Assembly: GCA_035718265.1 (NCBI GenBank)
Contig: DASTHJ010000156.1
Location: 1 to 35,796 of the forward strand
Source: Steroidobacteraceae bacterium
Lineage (GTDB): Bacteria > Pseudomonadota > Gammaproteobacteria > Steroidobacterales > Steroidobacteraceae
DNA: 35,796 bases
Reading direction: 5' to 3'
In this document: piece by piece, positions 21,604 to 29,521 of the stretch
Layout of the letters: each line of letters starts with the position of its first letter
Position numbering within the stretch: position 1 is the first letter of the stretch
Position numbers and translations under genes: made by a program
The notes under the pieces: generated by a model
Seen by the model: the letters and a program-made list of their open reading frames with translations, nothing else
Told to the model about the DNA's origin: nothing
Databases searched by the model: none

Positions 21604-24600
21604 TCAGCGCGTCGAGATCACGAATCCGGCCCAGAAGTACGGATGCTCGTACGGCCGGGCGCCGCCGATGCGCGTGCCGCGCAGCCGCAGCTGCGAGCGG
21701 CGCAGCGCGGCCGCGGCGTCGCCGTGATGTGCGGGCAGGGCGGCGTACAACTCGTGCATGAGCCGCGCGGTGCTGCGGTCCTCGACGCGCCACAGGCTCG
21801 CGACCACGCTCGCGGCGCCGCGCCGTTGCACGATGGCGCTGAGTCCTTCGATTTCACGTCCGTCGTCGGTGACCGCGCCGCCGAGGCCGCTCTGGCATGC
21901 GGACAGCGTCACCAGCCGCAGATCCTGGAAATCGAGCGCGGCGATGGCATCCAGCGTCAGCTTCGAGCCGTCGCCGAGCAGCAGGAAGGAGCGGCGCGCG
22001 TTGCCGGGCCGCAGGTTGAAATGCGTGCCGAGGTGCAATACCGAGAAATCGCGCTCCGCGCCGAGCAGGGCCTGCAGGCGTGCGGCGGTGAATTCCGCGT
22101 CGGCGTAGCCCGCGCCGTCGAGCGCGCCGCCGCCAACGCCGGCGCGCGGGCAGGCCTTGCCGGGTATCGTCAGGCCCTCGATGGGTCCGCGCACCACGTC
22201 GCAGAGCTCGTCGGCCATGGCCGGCAGCGCCTCGTAGCCGCCCACCGCGCGCGTCAGTCCCAGTCCGCGCACCGTGAGCGCGGCGTCCTGCGCGGGCGTC
22301 GAAATCTCGCCGGCCGCCTCACCGGCTGGCGTGTACGACTCGATGACGTAGCGGTCCACCAGGTAGTGCCGGCCGTCGTGCAGCGCGGTGAACGGGATGT
22401 AGCGCAGCGCGCCGTCGAGCCACAGCACCAGCCGGTGCGCGCCGGCACGACGCGCCTCCTCGTCGAGCGGACGCGCGACCGTCGCATAGAGGCGGCGCGA
22501 CGCCTCCGTGACGTCTTCGCGCCGGCCGACAGCGTCGAGGAAGCGGCCGATGTCGCGGCGCAGGGCCGGGCCATCGACGGGCTGCTCGTATTCGAACTGG
22601 CCGCGGCTGGTCGCGATCAGCAGGCGCAGCCGCGAGTCCGTCAGCAGATAGAAGCCGAGCGCCGTGTCCGGGCCGAACGCGGCCAGCTCGTGCGCCAGCG
22701 ACTGCGCCTGGACGGCGCGCACCGCGGGCGCCGCCGGCGTCGCGCTGCCGGCCAGGAACTCGCGGATGCGCGCGTCGCGCACAGTCTCGCGCTGGCGTTG
22801 TCCGGCGAGCAGCGCCTCGAGCGCGGCGCGTTCCTCGGCGCTGATGCGATCTGAATCCCGCAGCCGGCCGAGGCGATCGATCTCGGAGCCGGCACCTTCG
22901 TCGGTGCTCATGAGCTGCAGCAGGCGCTCGCGCAGTGCGGCCTCCTGTGGCGTGAGCTCGATGCCGTCACCGCGTGTCCAGCGCGCGTCGCGCAGCACGA
23001 AGTCGTAGAGCTCCTGCGCCTTGAGCAGTCGCAGCACGTCGAGGCCCTCGTCGATGCGGCCCGCGGACATCAGCCAGTCCGCCACCGCACGGTACACGCC
23101 GACCTTGTCGGCGAGGAAGGCCTGCTCGAGACGCCGCTCGTCGCCGACCAGCCGGTCGCGCAGCCGCTCGATCTGGGCGATGGACTCCTTGCCGAAGAAG
23201 ATCGCGAGCGCGGTGTCCTGGCGCTGCCGCAGCTGGCGCGCGAGCGCGAAGTCCGCACGCCACAGGGGATCGGGCGTGCCCAGCGTGCTGGCGGCGGACA
23301 ACGCGCGGATCGCGAACGCGTAGGAAGCTTCCGCGTCGCCGCGCGCCGCCTGCAGCTCGCTCGACAGCGCGTACACGTCGTGGCGCAGCAACGGATCGGC
23401 GTCGGCCGAGGAATCGATGCGACGTGCGGCGTCGTCGCAGCTCGCGGCGACCGCCGCTTGCGCACGGATCTCGACGCCGCAGGTCTCGGCAATGGCACGC
23501 AGGATGGCCGGATGCGTGTCCGGCAGTCGTGCGCGGTACAGCGCCAGCGCCTGCGCGAGCAGCGCGGTGCCCTGGCGCGGATCGTCCGGTGCCACCAGCG
23601 TGGCGCGCGTCAGCAAGGTGGCGGCGCGCTCGATCAGCAGCTTCGGATCGTCGCCGGCGGCCTGCGAGGCGGCCTCGAGCGTGGCGCGGGCCTGCGCACG
23701 ATCGCCGAGCGCGAGCTGCAGCCGCGCGAGGCCCCGATGGTGCTCGACGATCCACGGCCGCTCCACGTCATCCGGATGTGCCTGGATGATGGCGCCGGCC
23801 CGCTCGTAGTCGTCGAGCGCGCCGGGCAGGTCGCCGAGCAGCAGTCGGGCGCCGGCCAGGTAAGTCAGCGGGCGCACCAGCACGGGCGCATCAGCGCCGC
23901 GCGTGGCCTCGCCGATGGCGACGGCGCGCGCCGCGAAGTCACGCGCCTCGACGGGCTTGCCGCGCACCAGCAGCAGACCGCCGAGGTGCGTGAGGGCGCT
24001 CAGCTGGTGGCGCTGCAGCGGCGCGCCGTCCTTGCTCTGCGCGATCTCCACCGCCTTGCGCAGCGCAGTCTCGGCGGCTTCGAACTCGTCGAGACGTTCC
24101 AGGCCCTGCCCGAGCCAGATGTAGGCGGGCACGCGCTGCGCGGCGGGGCCCGCCATGCGCTCTTCGATGCCGATCTGCTTTTCCGCATGGGCGCGCACCG
24201 CGGCGTAGTCCTCTTCGCGCCACGCGATGTTGACGTAGGTGTTCTCGATGGCCGCGGCCGCTTCGCTCACCGTCTCGCCATTCTCGACGAGGATGGCCTC
24301 GGCACGCGCCAGCGACCGCTTCGCGCCCGCGAAGTCCCGCTGGAAGGACTGGTTCTGCGCGAGGCCGACCAGCACTTTCTGCAGCTCGATCCTGCGCGGG
24401 CCTGGATTGTGCTCGCGGATGCGCAGCGCCGCCTGCCAGGCCGCGACCGCGTCGGCGTTGCGACCCTGGCGCGTGGCGATCCAGGCGTATGCGACGTGGA
24501 TTTCCGCGACTTCGGCGGCGTACGGTCCGAGTCGCCGTTCGAAGATCGGCCGCGCGAAGGCGAGCAATGGCATCGCCTCCGACATGCGGTCCATGAACGC

Positions 24601-24906
24601 GATCAGCGGCGTGCCCAGGGATCCCACCCACCAGGCCATCTCCACCGAGTCGGCGCCGCGCTCGCGCTCGACGCGCGGAATGGTCTTGCAGATCAGGGAC
24701 ACGGCCGCGTCTGGCTCGGTCTCGATGAGCTTCTCCGCGCGTGCGCGCAGCTCGGCGAACGGGGCGGTGTCGGCTCCCGGCGCGGCGACCGAGGCGAATT
24801 CGGCGCACACCGGCGGCAGGTCGAAGGCCTGCGCGTGCGGCACGCAGGCCAGCAGCGCGAGGCAGGCCCAGCCACCGGCGAACCGCCTTCGCCTGGTCCC
24901 GGTCAT
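21604..24906 (-). CDS. Exported TPR-repeat / CHAT-domain (caspase-like) protease
   Basis: 1100 aa. The N-terminus MTGTRRRRFAGGWACLALLACVPHAQA has a twin-arginine-like RRxF, a hydrophobic core and possible LLAC lipobox or AQA cleavage. It is followed by a long array of TPR-like helices. The C-terminal CHAT domain has His in VLHLGTHF (codon 22021-22023) and Cys in VTLSACQSG (codon 21895-21897), and ends HPYFWAGFVISTR. The ATG overlaps the anti-sigma stop (ATGA, 24903-24906). Confidence 0.85.
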   Translation of the reverse strand: MTGTRRRRFAGGWACLALLACVPHAQAFDLPPVCAEFASVAAPGADTAPFAELRARAEKLIETEPDAAVSLICKTIPRVERERGADSVEMAWWVGSLGTPLIAFMDRMSEAMPLLAFARPIFERRLGPYAAEVAEIHVAYAWIATRQGRNADAVAAWQAALRIREHNPGPRRIELQKVLVGLAQNQSFQRDFAGAKRSLARAEAILVENGETVSEAAAAIENTYVNIAWREEDYAAVRAHAEKQIGIEERMAGPAAQRVPAYIWLGQGLERLDEFEAAETALRKAVEIAQSKDGAPLQRHQLSALTHLGGLLLVRGKPVEARDFAARAVAIGEATRGADAPVLVRPLTYLAGARLLLGDLPGALDDYERAGAIIQAHPDDVERPWIVEHHRGLARLQLALGDRAQARATLEAASQAAGDDPKLLIERAATLLTRATLVAPDDPRQGTALLAQALALYRARLPDTHPAILRAIAETCGVEIRAQAAVAASCDDAARRIDSSADADPLLRHDVYALSSELQAARGDAEASYAFAIRALSAASTLGTPDPLWRADFALARQLRQRQDTALAIFFGKESIAQIERLRDRLVGDERRLEQAFLADKVGVYRAVADWLMSAGRIDEGLDVLRLLKAQELYDFVLRDARWTRGDGIELTPQEAALRERLLQLMSTDEGAGSEIDRLGRLRDSDRISAEERAALEALLAGQRQRETVRDARIREFLAGSATPAAPAVRAVQAQSLAHELAAFGPDTALGFYLLTDSRLRLLIATSRGQFEYEQPVDGPALRRDIGRFLDAVGRREDVTEASRRLYATVARPLDEEARRAGAHRLVLWLDGALRYIPFTALHDGRHYLVDRYVIESYTPAGEAAGEISTPAQDAALTVRGLGLTRAVGGYEALPAMADELCDVVRGPIEGLTIPGKACPRAGVGGGALDGAGYADAEFTAARLQALLGAERDFSVLHLGTHFNLRPGNARRSFLLLGDGSKLTLDAIAALDFQDLRLVTLSACQSGLGGAVTDDGREIEGLSAIVQRRGAASVVASLWRVEDRSTARLMHELYAALPAHHGDAAAALRRSQLRLRGTRIGGARPYEHPYFWAGFVISTR

Positions 24907-25451
24907 TCGCGGCTCCGGATCTCGATGCGCAGCACGCCGTCGGCCGGCTCGGGAATGGCGTGCGCCGCGAGCACCCGCCGCACTTCGGCCGACAGTGGCA
25001 GCGGCAGGTCGGCGTCGATGCCGTACACGCCGAGCGCTTCGTAGCCCGTGGCTTCGACGCCGGCGGTGTGCAGCTCGGCGAGCAGCCGGCGCTCGAGCGC
25101 CGCGGGATCATCGGCCGCGATGCGCACGATGCCGTCTTCGGCACCGCGCACGACCGGCACGGTAGATTGGCGCTGCCACTGCACGAGCAGGCCGGCGCCG
25201 AGCAACAGCACGATGCCCGCGGCCATCGGCCACTGCCAGCGCGTGCTTCCCGACCGTCGCCGCGGCAGCAGGCCCTCGTCGATCGCACGTGCGACCAGCC
25301 GCGCCTCGCGATTCGGGTCGGCGGATGCGGCGCCGGCGTGTGGGGTGGTCGCGAGCAGCGCGGCGCGCAGCGCCCGGGCTTCGTGCCGCGTGGCCGAGGT
25401 CGGCGTGTCACGTCCGGCGAGCGCGTCCAGCCATTCCTGATCGTCGTTCAT
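24903..25451 (-). CDS. Single-pass membrane protein, putative anti-sigma factor
   Basis: 182 aa. About 75-aa cytoplasmic N-terminus, one TM (WPMAAGIVLLLGAGLLV) and about 90-aa periplasmic C-terminal domain. Its position immediately after the ECF sigma gene, with an ATGA overlap (25448-25451), is the classical anti-sigma arrangement. No HxxxCxxC zinc motif. Confidence 0.55.
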   Translation of the reverse strand: MNDDQEWLDALAGRDTPTSATRHEARALRAALLATTPHAGAASADPNREARLVARAIDEGLLPRRRSGSTRWQWPMAAGIVLLLGAGLLVQWQRQSTVPVVRGAEDGIVRIAADDPAALERRLLAELHTAGVEATGYEALGVYGIDADLPLPLSAEVRRVLAAHAIPEPADGVLRIEIRSRE

Positions 25452-26041
25452 GGGGATTCCTTTCCGAAGGCGAGCTCGTACCACGGCGCGAGGTGCAGGC
25501 GCGCGCGCTTGCGGCACTGGGAAATGAATTCACGCGTGGCGCCCGGCGAGCGGTCGAGCAACGCCGCGATCTCCTCGTGCGAGAGCCCATCGGCGGCGAT
25601 CCAGGAAATCACGGCCGCATGACTCGGCGCCGCGTCTTCGAACTTTCTCCAGCATTCCTGGAAGCATTGCGCGAGCTGCGCGCGACGCAGCTCGTCGGGC
25701 GGCGTCGCGACTTCGTGCCGCGACAGCTCCGCGATGCGCGCGGCCAGCTCGCCGTTCATCGGATCGCCATCGTCGAAGGGTTGCTCGCGGCGCTGGCGGC
25801 GCAGTGCATCGAGCACGGTGTGGCGCAGCACGGCCTCGATCCACGGCAGCAGCTCGGAGTCACCGTGGAAGGTCGCACAGCGCTGCCAGACCTTGATGAA
25901 GGTCTCCTGCACGAGATCGCGCGCCGCGTCGGCGCTGCGCACGGCGCGCAGCGCGCGTGCCTGCAGCACGCCGAAGAACTCGCGATCGAGACGGCGCAGG
26001 GCCTGCTCGAGGGCGGCGCCACCTTCGCGGCAGGCCCGCAT
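25448..26041 (-). CDS. ECF-type RNA polymerase sigma-70 family factor
   Basis: 197 aa from MRACREGG (26041). Region 2 reads ARDLVQETFIKVWQR...F.G.S.LLPWI..VLRHTVLDALRRQ. Region 4 HTH reads ISWIAADGLSHEEIAALLDRSPGATREFISQCRKRARLHL. The start is uncertain by a few codons. Confidence 0.85.
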   Translation of the reverse strand: MRACREGGAALEQALRRLDREFFGVLQARALRAVRSADAARDLVQETFIKVWQRCATFHGDSELLPWIEAVLRHTVLDALRRQRREQPFDDGDPMNGELAARIAELSRHEVATPPDELRRAQLAQCFQECWRKFEDAAPSHAAVISWIAADGLSHEEIAALLDRSPGATREFISQCRKRARLHLAPWYELAFGKESP

Positions 26042-26255
26042 GAAGACGTTCTTGTCCAGAAACACCCCGATGGCGCGGTGGACCGCGCTCGTTCTGCGGC
26101 AAGCGTACCGTACGCCGACTGATGTGCAACCGGAGCATCCATGTGCAAGAGACGCGCCGCCCGCCCGTACGTCAGGCCGGGGCCGCAACCCTGACGTTTT
26201 CCGGCGGGCGGCGTCTTTAGGCGAAACAACCAGAACCGACCGAGGGGAGAGACCG

Positions 26256-26537
26256 ATGAACCTGCGAAACGTCCTGTACTTCGACGCGATGCTGACCCCG
26301 AAGGTCATCACCGTGGTCTATTGGCTGTTGCTGCTGGCCTGCGTGATCGCCGGCCTCGGCACCTTGTTCTATACGGGCTTCCAGTACATGTCCTTCGGCA
26401 CCTTCGTGCGCGCCATCGGCATCACGCTGGGCGGCGCGATCGCCGCGCGCATCTGGTGCGAGCTGATGATCGTGCTGTTCAAGCTCAATGAAAACGTGCA
26501 GCGCCTGGCCGCCGTGCCCGCGCAGGAGCGGAGGTGA
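26256..26537 (+). CDS. Small two-TM membrane protein, DUF4282-like
   Basis: 93 aa. Reads LYFDAMLTPKVITVVYWLLLL....G......G..........G.....R...E..IV.F....N, the DUF4282 pattern. The RBS-like GGGGAGAG lies upstream of the ATG at 26256. Confidence 0.65.
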   Translation: MNLRNVLYFDAMLTPKVITVVYWLLLLACVIAGLGTLFYTGFQYMSFGTFVRAIGITLGGAIAARIWCELMIVLFKLNENVQRLAAVPAQERR

Positions 26538-26540
26538 GTC

Positions 26541-27512
26541 ATGCGTTGCCATGCATGGATCCCGGCGATCGTCGCAGCGGCTGCGGTCGCCGCCTGCGGG
26601 GGCCCGCCCGCGGGCAACCCGGCCGCGAAGACTGGCAGTGAGCGCCAGCCGCGAAAAGGCGAAGCCACCGCCGAGCAGGTGGCCGAGGAGGCGCGCGGCG
26701 ATGTCGCTTGCCCGGCCGACGTCGATACCCCGCCGCGTGCCGCGAACGCGCCGGTCGACGACGTGGTCGGCGTGCGCCCCGGACTCACGTTCGAGGAGGC
26801 CGCGAACGTCGTGATGTGCACCGGCGACCTTCTGGTGGTCGTGCCGGACACTTCGGCGCGCTTCAACATCCAGACCTACGGCGCGACGCTGCGGCAGGGA
26901 TTCAGCGCGCGTTTTGCCGAGCCGCGCGTCGTCAAGGACTCGCGCGACTACATGCGCGAGATGTCGGAGGACTTCGCGGCGCGCTCCGGCAACGCCGTGC
27001 GCGAGGACATGAAGCCGGGCCAGGCGAAGTGGTACGTCTCGACCATGGGAATGCCGGGCGCCGAGCGCGTCATCGCCGCGGCGCGCGAGGAGTGGTTTGC
27101 CGAGGGCCGCAATCCCACCATGCAGGGCGTGGCCGATGCGCTCGTCAAGAAGTACGGCGAGCCTACGCGCCGGCACGTCATGCCGCAGCAGATCATGCTG
27201 ACCTGGGTACACGATCCCCAGGGAAGGTTCGTACCCGAGACCTCGCCGATGGCCATGCGCTGCACGCCGATGTCGGATCCGGATGGCGGTACGAACTTCT
27301 CGCCCGACTGCGGCATCGTGGTCGCGGCGCGCGTGGATCCGACGCGTGAGAATCCTGCGCTGGCGCGCTCGATGTCCGTGGGCGTGGTCGACCAGGCCGG
27401 CGGCTACGAGCTCATCACCCAGACCGAGCAGACGCTGCAAAGCGGCGAAATGCAACGGCGCCAGCAGGAAGTGGAGCACGCCGCCCGGAACGCGGACCAG
27501 CCGCAGCTGTAG
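26541..27512 (+). CDS. Lipoprotein, function unknown
   Basis: 323 aa. Signal peptide with lipobox ...AAAVAAC|GG. Starts 3 nt after the DUF4282 stop. Globular, non-repetitive composition. No family recognised. Confidence 0.6.
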   Translation: MRCHAWIPAIVAAAAVAACGGPPAGNPAAKTGSERQPRKGEATAEQVAEEARGDVACPADVDTPPRAANAPVDDVVGVRPGLTFEEAANVVMCTGDLLVVVPDTSARFNIQTYGATLRQGFSARFAEPRVVKDSRDYMREMSEDFAARSGNAVREDMKPGQAKWYVSTMGMPGAERVIAAAREEWFAEGRNPTMQGVADALVKKYGEPTRRHVMPQQIMLTWVHDPQGRFVPETSPMAMRCTPMSDPDGGTNFSPDCGIVVAARVDPTRENPALARSMSVGVVDQAGGYELITQTEQTLQSGEMQRRQQEVEHAARNADQPQL

Positions 27513-27521
27513 GAGCACCAC

Positions 27522-28226
27522 ATGCGCGCCCTGTATCCATGCCTCGTCGCGATGCTCGCTGCCGGATGCGGTGAGTCGCCATTGCCGGTTGCCGACGCCA
27601 ATGCGTCGGCTGCCGCGCCGGGCTCCGCAGCTCGCCCGATGCAAGCGGCGAGCTCGGTCTTCGCCGGACGCACGGCCGAGCTCGTGAATCCGGACGACAC
27701 CACGATGGTGTTGTTGTACTTCGACCTCGCGGGACTGCCGGCGCCGATCGAGCCGTCCCTGGAAGACGACATGCGCGTGCGCATGGCACTGCCCGCCGAC
27801 AAGCCCGCGCAGCGCGAAGCCGTGCGCCGGCAGCTCGAGGCCGGACTCGCGGGCGTGCGCGAGGTGGGCGCGATCCGCCTGTCGATGCGCGCGGACCTCG
27901 GCGAGTACGACCCGACGTATGGTGAGTTCACGGTGCGTGCGCTGGCGCCGAGCTCCATGGTCGAGTACCGCGCGCTTGGCCAGAAGGTGGCGCTGAAATT
28001 CGGCAATGCGCGCAGCGCGCAGGTGTGGCGCGTGCCCGCGCAGGAGGCACAGGCCGTGCGCGACCGCCTCGGATACTCGCGCGATGTCTCGCTGGATGCG
28101 CTGCTGGCCATCCGTGACGTCCATGCCGCGCCCGAGGGCGGCACCATCACCGTCAACGTCGTCGAATACGAACTGCGCGAGACGCGCGGCGGCAGCCTGC
28201 TGGGCCGCGTGCATCTGGCGCCATGA
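27522..28226 (+). CDS. Lipoprotein, function unknown
   Basis: 234 aa. MRALYPCLVAMLAAGC|GE lipobox. Starts 9 nt after the preceding stop. Its stop overlaps a possible start of the next gene (ATGA at 28223-28226). Confidence 0.6.
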   Translation: MRALYPCLVAMLAAGCGESPLPVADANASAAAPGSAARPMQAASSVFAGRTAELVNPDDTTMVLLYFDLAGLPAPIEPSLEDDMRVRMALPADKPAQREAVRRQLEAGLAGVREVGAIRLSMRADLGEYDPTYGEFTVRALAPSSMVEYRALGQKVALKFGNARSAQVWRVPAQEAQAVRDRLGYSRDVSLDALLAIRDVHAAPEGGTITVNVVEYELRETRGGSLLGRVHLAP

Positions 28227-28240
28227 CCCAGGGGATCCTC

Positions 28241-29419
28241 ATGCGTTTTCAAAACTTCATCGTCAGCTCCGCCCTCGGCTTCGCGTTGCTCATCACCCAG
28301 GCACATGCCGCCGCTCCGAAGTGCGCACAGTCCGCCTGCGTGGACACGCGCAGCTTCGTCGCCAGCGTCACGGGCTTTCGCGCCAGCAAGCAGGGTTCGC
28401 GCCGCGTGCTCACCGCGACGGTGCGCTTCGAGAACAAGACCGCGAAGCCGCTGACCCTGGGCTACGTCAGCGCCTCCGGCGTCGCGCTCGATGAACTCGG
28501 CAACCGCTACGAGGTGCCCGGCGCGAATGGCGTGCGCGCCATCGGCGAGATCAACGGGCAGAACTTCGATCCGAAATTCACGCTGGCGCCGGGCGAGGGC
28601 GCCGATGCACGCTTCGAATTGAGCTGGGAGCCCGGCAAGGCCAAGGCGGGCTCGAGCTACGAGCTGGATCTCGCGATCCGCGAGATCACGCCGAGCGGCG
28701 CGGAGCAATTCAAGCTCGGCGCGGAGCACGCGTTGCATTTTGCCTCGCTCGGGCAGAGCACGGCCGCGACTCCTGCCGCTGCGGCCACCGCGACGGCGCC
28801 GGCAGCGCCGGCCGATCCCTGCGGTGGCTCCGCTCGCTGCTTCAACGCGGGCACTTTCGTCGCCGAGGTCATGCAGGTGCAATCGAGTGCCATGACGGCC
28901 GGCGCGCGCCACCAGTCCGTCAGCATCAACATCCGCTTCCGCAACATCAGCGACAAGCCGCTGATCCTGGGGTACCGCTCGGCCTCGAGCGCGGCGCTGG
29001 ACAATTTCGGCAATGGCTTCACCTGGGGACGGCCCGGCACGCACGACACCAGCGTCAAGGGCATCGGCATGGTCACGGCGCGCAGCGCGGACACGCAGTT
29101 CGCGCTGTCGCCCGGGCAGTCCCGCAACGCCACGTTCGGCATCATCCGTTTCAATGCCACGCCACCCATCGGCGATCGCTGGAATTACGACGTGGTCATC
29201 GAGGAGGTCGAGATCCAGCCGGGGCAGGTCGTCAAGTCCGTGCGGCAGAACAGCCTGAGCTTCCCGAACCTGTCCGCCGGCACGTTCGCGGCCGCCTCGG
29301 GCGGAGCGGCCGCCGCGGTGGGCGCGGCGCTGGGCTCGGAGACGCCGCCCGACGCCAACGCCGTGGCGAGCAAGCTCATCGATCTGTTCGAACGGAAGAC
29401 CAGCAAGAAAAAGAAGTAG
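28241..29419 (+). CDS. Secreted protein with two tandem DUF4352-like beta-sandwich domains and Lys-rich tail
   Basis: 392 aa from MRFQNFIVSSALGFALLITQAHA (alternative ATG at 28223). Clear internal duplication: CAQSACVDTRSFVASV...VRFENKTAKPLTLGYVSASGVALDELGNRYE versus CGGSARCFNAGTFVAEV...IRFRNISDKPLILGYRSASSAALDNFGNGFT. The two copies are separated by an Ala/Pro/Thr linker. The tail ends KTSKKKK. Confidence 0.65.
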   Translation: MRFQNFIVSSALGFALLITQAHAAAPKCAQSACVDTRSFVASVTGFRASKQGSRRVLTATVRFENKTAKPLTLGYVSASGVALDELGNRYEVPGANGVRAIGEINGQNFDPKFTLAPGEGADARFELSWEPGKAKAGSSYELDLAIREITPSGAEQFKLGAEHALHFASLGQSTAATPAAAATATAPAAPADPCGGSARCFNAGTFVAEVMQVQSSAMTAGARHQSVSINIRFRNISDKPLILGYRSASSAALDNFGNGFTWGRPGTHDTSVKGIGMVTARSADTQFALSPGQSRNATFGIIRFNATPPIGDRWNYDVVIEEVEIQPGQVVKSVRQNSLSFPNLSAGTFAAASGGAAAAVGAALGSETPPDANAVASKLIDLFERKTSKKKK

Positions 29420-29475
29420 GAGAGTCGCGAAAACCCGCGAAAACAGCCCGCAGCTGCGGTGGTTGCGGCGCTTTA

Positions 29476-29504
29476 TTGCCGCGAAAATGCGCCTGCTGTA
29501 TCTT
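29476..29504 (+). promoter_or_regulatory. Candidate sigma-70 promoter of tRNA-Val
   Basis: -35 TTGCCG (29476-29481), a 17-nt spacer and -10 TATCTT (29499-29504), followed by a GC-rich discriminator (TCGCGCCC). The predicted TSS lies about 10 nt before the mature tRNA 5' end. Upstream A-tract repeats CGCGAAAA(C) occur three times. Confidence 0.4.
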
Positions 29505-29521
29505 TCGCGCCCTCCTACGGT

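Noticed and set aside
26042-26255. ECF-type promoter (GGAAC-N16/17-CGT) for autoregulation or for the divergent operon
   Set aside because: I searched both strands by eye. The only AAC...CGT(C) pairs (for example AAC 26187-26189 with CGTC 26212-26215) are separated by about 22 nt, too long for the usual ECF spacing. No promoter is called. Mapping of TSSs is needed.
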